Of a stretch of 64,000 bases of DNA, positions 8,909 through 18,438 are shown in pieces. Under the pieces are notes generated by a model. The model saw only the letters and a list, made by a program, of their open reading frames with translations, made no database searches and had not been told where the DNA came from. This DNA comes from Candidatus Parcubacteria bacterium (GTDB taxonomy: Bacteria; Patescibacteriota; Minisyncoccia; Phycocordibacterales; CAIZLB01). Made by a program: the position numbers and the translations under genes. Within the stretch, counting starts at the first letter, position 1. Every line of letters starts with the position of its first letter. The DNA is taken from the NCBI GenBank assembly GCA_039795775.1, contig JBDKLC010000004.1:21982-85981 (forward strand). The letters run 5' to 3'.

Positions 8909-9181
8909 TTATTTTACAGCGTCTTTGAGTGCTTTCGCAGCTCGGAACTTTGGAACATTCATAGATGGAACATTGATAGTTTCACCTGTTCGTGGGTTTC
9001 GTGCTGATCGAGCTTCTCGCTTCTTCACTGAGAAGATACCAAGACCTGCAATTGAAACTTCTTCACCTTTCTTAAGTGTTGCAATGATGTTTTCGATAAT
9101 TGTATCAACAACTTGTTCAGCCTGAACTTTTGTTGTACCGATAACGTCATGCACTTTTGCAACGATGTCTGCTTTGTTCAT
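8909..9181 (-). CDS. hup: DNA-binding protein HU
   Basis: 90 aa; MNKADIV...GLGIFSVKKREARSARNPRTGETI arm motif of HU/IHF family. Confidence 0.85.
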   Translation of the reverse strand: MNKADIVAKVHDVIGTTKVQAEQVVDTIIENIIATLKKGEEVSIAGLGIFSVKKREARSARNPRTGETINVPSMNVPKFRAAKALKDAVK

Positions 9182-9296
9182 AGTACTTGTTTTAAAGTAT
9201 TAAAGCTTTTAAATATTCGAACCTTCTGTCCTTAGAATTCATTATATAATAAGCCATTTTTTGCGCAATAGAATGAACAGTGCGACTCAAAGTTGC

Positions 9297-10829
9297 TTAT
9301 CGAGCAAATTCTATTGATCTAGTTTCTCGGATAACGTTTATTTTGATTTCTCCAGGGTATCGAAGCTCCTTTTCAATCCGTAAAGCTATATTTCTAGCCA
9401 TATTTTGTGATTCGAGGTCTGTGACTTCTTCAGGGAATACAAACACACGAATTTCTCGTCCTGCTTGAAGGGCATACGACTTTTCAACACCTTTATACGA
9501 ATTTGCAATAGCTTCGAGGTCTTCGAGTCGTTTGAGATAGTTTTCGATACTGTCTCGACGCGCTCCTGGTCTTCCTCCTGAAATTGCATCGGCTGTTTGT
9601 ACAATTCGTGATTCAAGTGTCTCGTACGGATATTCTTCGTGATGAGCTTGCATCGCTTTTACAATATCTTCATGTACACCGAACTTCTGAAGAATTCGTC
9701 TACCGATTTCTACGTGAGTGCCTGATACTTCGTGATCGAGAGCTTTTCCGAGGTCGTGGAGAAGGGCACCCGCTTTAGCAACAGAGACATTGGCACCGAG
9801 TTGTTCTGCAAGCATTCCTGCAATGAGAGCTGTTTCGATAGAGTGTTGAAGAACATTTTGTCCGTAACTTGTTCTAAAGTGAAGTCGTCCGAGAATTGCT
9901 ACAATACGTGGGTCGAGATTGAGAACTCCAGCTTCGAATACAGCATTTTCTCCTTTTTCTTTCATTACTTTATTTATATCTGTTCGAGCTTGTTCAACTT
10001 CTTTTTCAATCTTTGCTGGCTGAATACGGCCATCGAGCATGAGTGCTTCAAGAGCAGTCTTTGCAATTTGTCTTCGTACTGGATCAAATGAAGAGAGAGT
10101 GATTGCACCTGGTGTATCGTCTACAACAACTTCAACACCTGTTGCACGCTCAAATGCTTTTATATTTCGTCCTTCTTTTCCAATAACTTTACCTTTAATG
10201 TCATCTGAAGGAATTGGCACATGACTTGTGAAAAGATCTGCAGATACTGATGTAGCAAGTCGTTGAATTGTTGTTGTGAGGATCTCTCGAGATTTTTGTT
10301 CGAGTTGGTCTGTACCAAATGTCTCAAGCTTTCGCATTCGCACAAGTAAATCTTCCTCGGATTCTTTCTCGATAGTAGAGAAGAGTTCTTTCTTTGCATC
10401 TTCTGATGTAAGAGCCGCAACACGCTCAAGTTCTTTAGTCACTTGAGCCTGAGCTGTATCAACTTTATCCTTAATTTCCTTGATATTTTGGATACGAACT
10501 TTGAGATCCTCCACATCTTTGTCGAGGTCTTCTTGTCGTTTTTCCAAGGAATCCTCTTTTTTTATGAGGCGATCTTCAGTTTTTTTGAGATTTTCTTCCT
10601 TTTCACGTACTTCTTCACGCGCATCTTTGAGTGTATCGGATGCCTGTTGTTCTGCTTCGAGGGTAATTCGCTTCGCGTCCTCTTTTGCTTCCACCATCAT
10701 TTGCTTGATTTCAAGCTCAATTGAGCCTTTTTTACCAAGCGCTACGAGGATTCGAAGGATGTACCCAAATGCAAGTCCGACACTCCCCATGAACGCTGCA
10801 ATGAGGAGTACGGTTTGTAGTGGGACCAT
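9297..10829 (-). CDS. rny: Ribonuclease Y
   Basis: 510 aa; N-terminal TM anchor, coiled-coil, KH domain (GKEGRNIKAFERATGVEVVVDD) and HD domain (LLHDLGK). Confidence 0.9.
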   Translation of the reverse strand: MVPLQTVLLIAAFMGSVGLAFGYILRILVALGKKGSIELEIKQMMVEAKEDAKRITLEAEQQASDTLKDAREEVREKEENLKKTEDRLIKKEDSLEKRQEDLDKDVEDLKVRIQNIKEIKDKVDTAQAQVTKELERVAALTSEDAKKELFSTIEKESEEDLLVRMRKLETFGTDQLEQKSREILTTTIQRLATSVSADLFTSHVPIPSDDIKGKVIGKEGRNIKAFERATGVEVVVDDTPGAITLSSFDPVRRQIAKTALEALMLDGRIQPAKIEKEVEQARTDINKVMKEKGENAVFEAGVLNLDPRIVAILGRLHFRTSYGQNVLQHSIETALIAGMLAEQLGANVSVAKAGALLHDLGKALDHEVSGTHVEIGRRILQKFGVHEDIVKAMQAHHEEYPYETLESRIVQTADAISGGRPGARRDSIENYLKRLEDLEAIANSYKGVEKSYALQAGREIRVFVFPEEVTDLESQNMARNIALRIEKELRYPGEIKINVIRETRSIEFAR

Positions 10830-10841
10830 TGTAGTTTAAGG

Positions 10842-11411
10842 TTAGAGTACTTTGTCTACGATGCCGTATTTCTTGGCTTCGTCGGCTGACAGGAAGAAGT
10901 CTCGTTCTACGTCTTTTTCAATCTTAGAAAGAGGTTGACCTGTTGTTTTTGATAATATTTTGTTAGAAATTTCTCGGAGTCTGAGGATTCGTCGAGCACT
11001 GATTTCGATATCTGTTGCCTGGCCTTCAGCTCCGCCATGTGGCTGGTGAATCATGACATCAGAAGTAGGGAGGGCAAATCGCTTGCCTTTTGCACCAGAA
11101 GTGAGGATTATAGCGCCCATTGAAGCCGCGATACCTACGCAGATAGTAGAAACATCATTTTTGATATGATTCATAGTGTCTACAATAGCGAGACCAGCAG
11201 TAACTGATCCTCCTGGACTATTAATATAGAGATGGATGTCTTTCTTTGGATCTTCTGATTCCAAGAAAAGAAGCTGTGCAATGATAATATTGGCTACATT
11301 GTCATCAATTGGACCTCCGAGGAAGATAATATTGTCTCGAAGAAGTCGGGAATAGATGTCATATGCTCGTTCACCCAATGGTGACTTTTCGATAACTGTA
11401 GGGATAAGCAT
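10842..11411 (-). CDS. clpP: ATP-dependent Clp protease proteolytic subunit
   Basis: 189 aa; [18 protein letters not shown] and catalytic-Ser context typical of ClpP. Confidence 0.9.
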   Translation of the reverse strand: MLIPTVIEKSPLGERAYDIYSRLLRDNIIFLGGPIDDNVANIIIAQLLFLESEDPKKDIHLYINSPGGSVTAGLAIVDTMNHIKNDVSTICVGIAASMGAIILTSGAKGKRFALPTSDVMIHQPHGGAEGQATDIEISARRILRLREISNKILSKTTGQPLSKIEKDVERDFFLSADEAKKYGIVDKVL

Positions 11412-11452
11412 GCTGTTATTTAGTTAATTTGTGTGGTAATTTAGGTTCAATT

Positions 11453-12190
11453 ATGCGTTTACATCGATTTTTCGTAGCAGAAGGCTGTATAGACGGACAG
11501 AATTGTGTGGTAAAAGATGCAAAACTACTCAATCAATGGAGAAATGTGTTTCGGTATACTACTGGCAGCCGGGTACTCCTTTTTGATGGAACCGGAGCCG
11601 AATACTTGGCTCTTATCGCCAGTATAAACCCAGATAGGTCAGAACTCCAAATTTTGGAAAAAGAGATGCGTGCAACTGAAAAACAGGGTGCAAAAGGCGA
11701 TGGATCGTCAGGCCAAAAGATATATTTATTTCTTTCTATTTTAAAGAACAATAACTTTGACCTTGTACTACAAAAAGCAGCTGAAATTGGCGTAGATGTG
11801 ATCGTTCCTATTGTTTCAGATCGGGTAATCAAGAAAGGTGTGAACATGGAACGTTCGAAACGTATTTTGATAGAAGCATCAGAACAGTCTGGTCATGTGT
11901 CTGTGCCAGAACTTGAAGAACCACAGAATCTGAAAGATGCTTTAGAAAATTTTGATGGAAAACTCATCGTCTGTCAGTCAGGTGCCACACCGTGGAATAA
12001 GAAGTTAATCAGTGGTAGCAAAGATGTTTCATTCGTCATTGGACCAGAAGGGGGATGGTCACCAAATGAAACAATGTTGTTTGAGAAACTTGTTGAAAAT
12101 AAAAAATGTCAGATGGTTTCATTGGGTAATCAGACATTGCGTGCGGAAACAGCCGCAATCGCAGTCCTTAGTCTGGCGTTGCTCCAGTAA
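11453..12190 (+). CDS. rsmE: 16S rRNA (uracil1498-N3)-methyltransferase RsmE
   Basis: MRLHRFFV N-terminus characteristic of RsmE, C-terminal SPOUT-like region (VIGPEGGWS); start chosen at internal Met of ORF 11429-12190. Confidence 0.75.
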   Translation: MRLHRFFVAEGCIDGQNCVVKDAKLLNQWRNVFRYTTGSRVLLFDGTGAEYLALIASINPDRSELQILEKEMRATEKQGAKGDGSSGQKIYLFLSILKNNNFDLVLQKAAEIGVDVIVPIVSDRVIKKGVNMERSKRILIEASEQSGHVSVPELEEPQNLKDALENFDGKLIVCQSGATPWNKKLISGSKDVSFVIGPEGGWSPNETMLFEKLVENKKCQMVSLGNQTLRAETAAIAVLSLALLQ

Positions 12191-12275
12191 AGTTAAAAGA
12201 AAAAACATATGCGTCAGAGCATATGTTTTTTCTTTGTTTGTAAAAGTAGGAATTATTCCTACTTTTATACGTTAA

Positions 12276-13325
12276 CTATTTTACTTCTTCGAGGAATTTC
12301 CAAACCTTTTCGTTTGTAAGCATTGTCTCTACATAGACTGTTGCTTTCATTGGATCGGCATCCTTGTAGTAATTCAAGATAGCATCAACTTCTTTTTTCA
12401 CTTCTTCGTCTGTAACAGTGATGTTTTCTTTTACAGCGATGTCATTGAGAATGATTTGTGACTTAGCTCGCTTTTCAGCTTCTGGAGTCCATTCTTTTTT
12501 GAGATCTTCGAGTGTTTTATTGATGTGTTTCAAGTACATATCTACGTTGAGGCCCATCTGAGAAACTTGTGAAGAGAGTTCACCGAGCATTCGGTTGAGT
12601 TCTGATTCAACAAGAATATGAGGCATTGTGATAGTAGATTTTTCGATAATAGCGTCAACGGTAAGGATTCGCTTTTTATCTTTTTCTTTCTTTTCTTTTT
12701 CTGCTTTGATACTGATACCGATTTTCTTTTTGAAATCTTCAACAGATTCAAAAGCACCAAACTTAGAAATAAATTCTTCGTTTACTTCTGGGAGTGCGAG
12801 ATCACCGTGGTCATGTGAATGATCCTCAGGATTTTTCTGGTGGTGTTCTGTGTGGGCAACCTGCTGCTGAAGTTCTTTTATAGCGTCTTCGATTTCTTTA
12901 TCTTCAACTGTTACTTCTACTGAAGCAGACATTTCTTTCTTTGCGATTTTTTTGTAATCAGCAATTTCAATCTCAGGTAGGAGAGCTGTTTTGATTTTGA
13001 AACCAAAGGCTTCACCTGGAGCAACTTTAGTAATTGTTACAGCTGGAGAACCAATTGGTTTAATTTTTACTGATGTAACAATTTCTTCGTAGTGTTTTTC
13101 AAGAGCGATTCGGCCTGCTTCTTCAATGATAGCTACTTCACCAAGTCGTTCAACGAGAATCTTTTCAGGAACTTTTCCTGGTCGGAAGCCGTCCATTTTT
13201 AAGTCAGCACCAATAGTTGCAAGAGCCTCAGCTCGAAACTTAGCTACTTCTTCAGCTGTGATTTCACCTTCGATTTCGTATTCACCTGGAACTGGTGAGC
13301 CTTTCTTAATGATTGTAAATGACAT
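12276..13325 (-). CDS. tig: Trigger factor (short form)
   Basis: 349 aa; N-terminal ribosome-binding domain with GFRPGKVP motif; adjacent to clpP as in the canonical tig-clpP arrangement. Confidence 0.8.
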   Translation of the reverse strand: MSFTIIKKGSPVPGEYEIEGEITAEEVAKFRAEALATIGADLKMDGFRPGKVPEKILVERLGEVAIIEEAGRIALEKHYEEIVTSVKIKPIGSPAVTITKVAPGEAFGFKIKTALLPEIEIADYKKIAKKEMSASVEVTVEDKEIEDAIKELQQQVAHTEHHQKNPEDHSHDHGDLALPEVNEEFISKFGAFESVEDFKKKIGISIKAEKEKKEKDKKRILTVDAIIEKSTITMPHILVESELNRMLGELSSQVSQMGLNVDMYLKHINKTLEDLKKEWTPEAEKRAKSQIILNDIAVKENITVTDEEVKKEVDAILNYYKDADPMKATVYVETMLTNEKVWKFLEEVK

Positions 13326-13353
13326 ATCTAGTTTATCTTTTCTTTAATTATTC

Positions 13354-13884
13354 TTAATTATGCTTTGGATACTTTGCTGTGTACTGTGTTCGAGACTTTT
13401 CGAAAGCTGCCTTAGCTGCTACTGCATCGCCGTATCCGTGAGTTGTCACTTCTTTTTTCTGAAGCTTTTTGTATGTAAGGAAGAAGTGATCAATTTCCTT
13501 GAGTGTATGAGGGTTGATATCTGCGAGATCTTTTACAGCATCCCATCGTGGATCTTCTTCTGGAACTGCAATAATTTTTGCATCAGAGTCGCCACCGTCG
13601 ATCATACTAAGTACTGCAACTGGTCGAACTTTTACGAGAACGCCAGGGAAGAGAGGATAGGTAGTAAGAACTACAACATCGAGAGGATCACCATCGTCCC
13701 AAAGAGTCTGAGGAACAAAACCATAATCAAATGGATAGTCCTGAGATGTGTGAAGTACTCGGTCGAGAGCAATCATTCCTGTTGCTTTATCTACCTCGTA
13801 TTTGTTCTTTGAACCTTTGTTAATTTCGATGATAGTCGTCATGCTGTCCGCTGTACCAGCATCAATGTCGTGCCACAAATTCAT
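13354..13884 (-). CDS. ppa: Inorganic pyrophosphatase
   Basis: EINKGSKNKYEVDKATG...DGDPLDVVVL family I PPase motifs; start at MNLWHD within ORF 13354-13926. Confidence 0.85.
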   Translation of the reverse strand: MNLWHDIDAGTADSMTTIIEINKGSKNKYEVDKATGMIALDRVLHTSQDYPFDYGFVPQTLWDDGDPLDVVVLTTYPLFPGVLVKVRPVAVLSMIDGGDSDAKIIAVPEEDPRWDAVKDLADINPHTLKEIDHFFLTYKKLQKKEVTTHGYGDAVAAKAAFEKSRTQYTAKYPKHN

Positions 13885-13955
13885 ATGTTTATTTTTTATA
13901 TAACTTTTGTTAATAACAAACCTCAACTAATTTCGCGCAATTATGCGATGCAAAA

Positions 13956-15140
13956 TTATTCTTCGTCTTGAATATTGAACTGAGCTTTAGCAGCATCGAG
14001 TACTTCTTCTGTCGATTCATCTGTTGATGCAACTTTTACAGATTGAATATCAATTCTCCAACCTGTGAGTTTTGCAGCAAGTCGAACGTTCTGTCCTCCT
14101 TTACCGATAGCGAGTGACTGCTGATCTTCAGCAACTTGTACGACAGCTGTTTTATCTGTTTCGTTGAGAGTTACACTGATAACTTTTGCAGGTGAAAGAG
14201 AGTCTTCAATGAATTTAGCCTGATCTTCTGACCATTCGATGATGTCGATTTTTTCTCCACCGAGTTCACTTGTAACAGTGTTAACACGAACACCTCGCTG
14301 ACCTACCATTGAACCTACTGGATCAATGTGTGCGTCTGTTGAGTGAACAGCAATTTTTGATCGTGAGCCAGCTTCTCGAGCAATAGCTTTGATTTCTACT
14401 GTACCAGCAACAATTTCTGGTACTTCAACTTTGAAAAGTTCTGCGAGGAACTTTGGATGAGATCGTGAGAGTCTAAGGAAAATACCACGTGGAGTTTCTT
14501 CTACACGCATGAGGAACATTCGAAGTCGTTCACCTTGTCGGTAGTGTTCACCAGGAATTTTTTCTTCGTATGGAAGCATACCAACAGCTCGTCCCATATC
14601 GATGAATACATTTCCTCGTTCTTCTCGTTGAACTGTACCTGAAACGATTTCATTTTCTCGTTTTCCGAATTCACCAAGAACAGAAACTTTTTCAGCTTCT
14701 CGGATCTTCTGGATGATAACTTGCTTGGCTGTCTGAGCAGCGATTCGGCCGTAATCATCTTTTTGTTCAAGAGGGAACACGAGTTCTTCTCCAACTTGGA
14801 TGTCTTTTTTAATTTTTCGAGCGTCGTCGATAAGGATGTGTTGTTCTTCGTTGTATCGAACTTTTTCTTCTTCGCCTTCTGCTGGAGCTTCTGTTGATTC
14901 TGCATCTTCTGATTCAAAAACAACTTGTGATGGATCAACAGCAACTTTTACTTGTACAAAGTTAGCTGTTCCTGTGTTTACATCAAACTGCGCTCGAATA
15001 AACTGACCTCGTCGGCCGTATTCTTTTTTGTATGCTGTAGCGAGAGCCATTTCGATAGCCTCGATGATTTTTTCTCGAGGAATACCTCGTTCTTCTTCCA
15101 ACTGGTCTAATACTGAGTGAATTACTTTTAAGTCAAACAT
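13956..15140 (-). CDS. nusA: Transcription termination/antitermination factor NusA
   Basis: 394 aa; N-terminal domain, S1 and tandem KH domains (IGKGGQNVRLAAKLTGWRIDI). Confidence 0.9.
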   Translation of the reverse strand: MFDLKVIHSVLDQLEEERGIPREKIIEAIEMALATAYKKEYGRRGQFIRAQFDVNTGTANFVQVKVAVDPSQVVFESEDAESTEAPAEGEEEKVRYNEEQHILIDDARKIKKDIQVGEELVFPLEQKDDYGRIAAQTAKQVIIQKIREAEKVSVLGEFGKRENEIVSGTVQREERGNVFIDMGRAVGMLPYEEKIPGEHYRQGERLRMFLMRVEETPRGIFLRLSRSHPKFLAELFKVEVPEIVAGTVEIKAIAREAGSRSKIAVHSTDAHIDPVGSMVGQRGVRVNTVTSELGGEKIDIIEWSEDQAKFIEDSLSPAKVISVTLNETDKTAVVQVAEDQQSLAIGKGGQNVRLAAKLTGWRIDIQSVKVASTDESTEEVLDAAKAQFNIQDEE

Positions 15141-15541
15141 ATATTTATTTGTGTATTTAATTGTTATTTTCCTTATTCTTAGCCATATTTTAGCTGTTTT
15201 TGATCAAAAATTGCTTAAAAATCAATCAAAACGTCAAAATTCGGCAAAAAATTAAGCCCGCCGGTGGAGGCGAACTTCTGAATACGGCTATAATAAGGCA
15301 TTTTTCTGTATATGTCAACCTGTTGTGATGGCTAATGTAAGCCATTTTTAGCCTTTTTCGGCCTTTTTATACTATATATAGTGCCTTTTGGTCTCTTTTT
15401 AACACAAATTGTGTATAAAATGCTTGATATTTTATACAATATCTTGTATAGTTTGTATAGACATTCTGTCTCACTTCACGTTACCGAGTCACTGACGTTC
15501 GTTAACACAACCACAACAAACCAAACCCATAAGGAGGGTTC

Positions 15542-17896
15542 ATGAAAACAAACCAAACACGTCTGATGTTGGCCGCCTTGTGGCTGCTAACTTTCTTCAC
15601 TGCAACTGCTCGCAGCGACACGATCAATGGCTATTATGGCTACACCGTGGCGCCCGCGCGCGATGATTATCCTGACTATCCGGTGTTCCAAACCTGGAGC
15701 ATTGATTTTCAGGGAAGTCTCTACAACGGAGCGGACTCGCCTAGCCAGGGGGTTCCGCATTCATATAAGCTCTTCCGTTCGGGAGGTATGCACGTTGAAG
15801 CTCATCGTCTCATCTCTTCGGTGACGACGCTCGGGCTATGGGAATCGGAGATCGACGCAAACCGTCCTCCGCTCCCTGGGGAGACACAACAAAATCCCTT
15901 CAATATCCAGAAAGGCAATCAACTCGTCCTCGGAATCCGGCTGCAAAGCCAAACCAAATTCCGACTTAAGGATATTGTCTATGGGGTGGGAACTACGAGT
16001 TCCTCTGGGATCTTCGGATACCAGAAAGACATGGCTGCACAAGCCACGTTTAAGATCCCATTCATTCTGGGCCGTTACTACGGAGCAGATGGCATCGCCG
16101 GCACGCCGGATGATGTCTCCTACGGAAACTTCACGCCGAATACGGCGCCGATCAACGAGATCACAATCATCATTGGTCAAGGCATAAACATGGATGCTGA
16201 GACCGGAACAACTGATGCTGAGCGTCTTCATAAAGCGCTTTCGAAATTCAACGAAGACTTCCAAGTCTGGGCCACCGCTAAGGTATGGCCCTACGATGAT
16301 TCGAGGACTACAACGCCTTTCGAGGTGACGGGTCCCCAGCTCACTGTTCTCGCGGTGAATCCCATCATTCGCACTGCTCCGACTTCACAATCGGCGCGGC
16401 GCGGACACAACGCTACCTTTACGGTGAGCGCGACAGGCAAAGACTTGAGTTACCAATGGTTCCGCGACGGGGCGACGATTGATGGTGCGACAAGCGCCAG
16501 CTACACAATCAGCTCAGTAACGGACGCCGACGATGCAGCACAACTGCGCGTAACGGTAACGAATAGTTTTGGTGAGGCAGTCAGCGATGACGTCTCGCTC
16601 ACGGTGACACCACCGTTTGCACCCACAGCTGTGACTGGTAGCGCCTCTGGCGTAACCACAAACAGTGCGGTGCTTTCGGGCACCGTGAACACCAACGAGG
16701 AACCCTCAACAGTCTGGTGGATAGAGTACGGGGACAACAACTCGTATTCGAATCTCACACCCCTGACGGCGCTTCAAACGTCGGCAGATATGCAACAAGT
16801 TTCGGTCGCCATCGGCGATTTGATTCCACGTCGGGACTACATGTTCCGGATCGTTGCACAAGGGCCAGGCGGCACAACCTACGGTGAAGATCACTTCTTT
16901 ACTACGGCGACGCCGACACAACCCTTCCTGGGTGTGAGCGGGACCTTCCAAGGTCTCATTGGTGATAATGGCGAGGGGATGATGAATATCACACTCGCCA
17001 AGACTGGTAAGTTTACTGCTGTAGTTTCCTTCGGGGGCAAGCGGTATAGCGTCAAAGGTCGTTTCGACAATGACGGCAAATTCTTGGTTCAGCTCGGCAA
17101 GTCCGGGTTGCTCCTGAGCTTGTCGCTCGATGTTTACGATACCGGCGAACTTACGGGTGGAATTGTTGGTGCAGGAGGTGGAGACGTTCAATTCGTCCGC
17201 CGCGCGGTGTATAGCCGCAAAAATCCAGCACCACAAACAGGGGACTACACCTTGCTTGCGCATCCGACGGAAATCGTCGGTCCAATTCCTCAGGGCGACG
17301 CGAGTCTGCTCATGAAGGTCACCAAAACCGGCCACGTTACACTGGTCGGTAAACTACCGGACAACACGCCAATCTCCCAAGGAGGAGCTCTGGCAACCGA
17401 TAACTCATTTCGCGTCTTCACTCGCCCCGGGCGAAAAGGCGTGATCGCTGGATTTGTGGCCTTCGAGGCTACGACCACAAAAGATCTCTCCGGAGATCTC
17501 TACTGGAACAAGCCAGCAAATGAGAAGGCAAAGCAGTATCCGCAAGGATTCGCTGCAAGCCTGTCGGCCGAAGGTTCTCGCTATGTCGCGGAGCCTTGGA
17601 CACAGTCGTGTCCGCCTGCTAGCCTCTCTCTTGAAAGAGGCAATCTTTTGAGCGAAATCAATCGTTCGCTCACCGGCACACCGAAGGGATTCGTTGTGCA
17701 AAACCCTGGAGGTGAAGGCCTTCAGTTGAAAAGAACAAGCAGAGGGTTGGTAACCGGGAGCTTCGTGCACCCGCTCACCAACAAACGTGTCCCATTGAGG
17801 GGCGTATTACTCCAGAAATCTGGAGGGGGTGGTGGCTACTTCGTAGGTCCTCAAGAGACCGGAAGTGTGGTTGTCGAGTTAGCTACTGGAATGTAG
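15542..17896 (+). CDS. Large secreted Ig-like plus FN3-like domain protein (adhesin-like), compositionally foreign
   Basis: 784 aa; signal peptide MKTNQTRLMLAALWLLTFFTATA; Ig I-set-like segment YQWFRDGATIDGATSASYTISSVTDADDAAQLRVTVTN; FN3-like segment; perfect SD AAGGAGGG 6 nt upstream; GC roughly 55% or higher against ~40% flanks. Confidence 0.6.
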   Translation: MKTNQTRLMLAALWLLTFFTATARSDTINGYYGYTVAPARDDYPDYPVFQTWSIDFQGSLYNGADSPSQGVPHSYKLFRSGGMHVEAHRLISSVTTLGLWESEIDANRPPLPGETQQNPFNIQKGNQLVLGIRLQSQTKFRLKDIVYGVGTTSSSGIFGYQKDMAAQATFKIPFILGRYYGADGIAGTPDDVSYGNFTPNTAPINEITIIIGQGINMDAETGTTDAERLHKALSKFNEDFQVWATAKVWPYDDSRTTTPFEVTGPQLTVLAVNPIIRTAPTSQSARRGHNATFTVSATGKDLSYQWFRDGATIDGATSASYTISSVTDADDAAQLRVTVTNSFGEAVSDDVSLTVTPPFAPTAVTGSASGVTTNSAVLSGTVNTNEEPSTVWWIEYGDNNSYSNLTPLTALQTSADMQQVSVAIGDLIPRRDYMFRIVAQGPGGTTYGEDHFFTTATPTQPFLGVSGTFQGLIGDNGEGMMNITLAKTGKFTAVVSFGGKRYSVKGRFDNDGKFLVQLGKSGLLLSLSLDVYDTGELTGGIVGAGGGDVQFVRRAVYSRKNPAPQTGDYTLLAHPTEIVGPIPQGDASLLMKVTKTGHVTLVGKLPDNTPISQGGALATDNSFRVFTRPGRKGVIAGFVAFEATTTKDLSGDLYWNKPANEKAKQYPQGFAASLSAEGSRYVAEPWTQSCPPASLSLERGNLLSEINRSLTGTPKGFVVQNPGGEGLQLKRTSRGLVTGSFVHPLTNKRVPLRGVLLQKSGGGGGYFVGPQETGSVVVELATGM

Positions 17897-17918
17897 CAGC
17901 TCTCGAATCCCGTCGTTT

Positions 17919-17944
17919 CCCCCGGGTGCGCAAGCACCCGGGGG
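17919..17944 (+). terminator. GC-rich hairpin terminator after the foreign gene
   Basis: CCCCCGGGTGC-gcaa-GCACCCGGGGG followed 11 nt later by a T9 run. Confidence 0.5.
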
Positions 17945-18090
17945 AACGATGAGGATTTTTTTTTGCATTTTTTTGCAAAAAGTTTTTTATAAACACAACT
18001 TCATTGTATGTAGGGTTCAGATTGATTATAATTGGAGAAGCAAAATAGTCTTCTCTATTTTTTATAATTTATATTCTTGCGTATCAAATA

Positions 18091-18435
18091 ATGTTTATGA
18101 AAGAATCTCTCCGTACTTTTTTTAGAAATAATAAAAAACTCATTTTGAGCGTATTTATTGTCTGGGGTTTTGTTCTTATTGCTGTTCTTGTAGTAGCTGC
18201 ATATAGAAATAGTTTACAGCAGTCGAGTTTGACACCAAAAGTTCCTCCTGGATATATTGCTCCAATTCCTCAATCTAAAAAAGAACTTATTTTAAATGAA
18301 ACTGATCCGTATGCAGTACCTGTTATTATTTCTGACACTCAGAAACAAAAACTATTAAATAAGAAAGATACTGGAGCTATAAAAACACCAAATCTATCAA
18401 ACCAAGAGAAAGAATTAATTATTCAAGGAAATTAA
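18091..18435 (+). CDS. Hypothetical small membrane-anchored protein (first gene of pilus-associated operon)
   Basis: 114 aa; single N-terminal TM helix, no recognisable domain. Confidence 0.4.
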   Translation: MFMKESLRTFFRNNKKLILSVFIVWGFVLIAVLVVAAYRNSLQQSSLTPKVPPGYIAPIPQSKKELILNETDPYAVPVIISDTQKQKLLNKKDTGAIKTPNLSNQEKELIIQGN

Positions 18436-18438
18436 TTT

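Noticed and set aside
12542-12818. Lys-rich small ORFs on both strands inside tig
   Set aside because: Artefacts of the poly-Lys/Glu-encoding A-rich stretch within the trigger factor gene.
14501-14944. 147-aa Lys-rich ORF inside nusA
   Set aside because: Same-strand alternate frame within nusA; low-complexity K-rich product, no independent signals.
16706-17335. 209-aa minus-strand ORF within the GC-rich adhesin-like gene
   Set aside because: High-GC regions generate long antisense ORFs by chance; no start context or domain.
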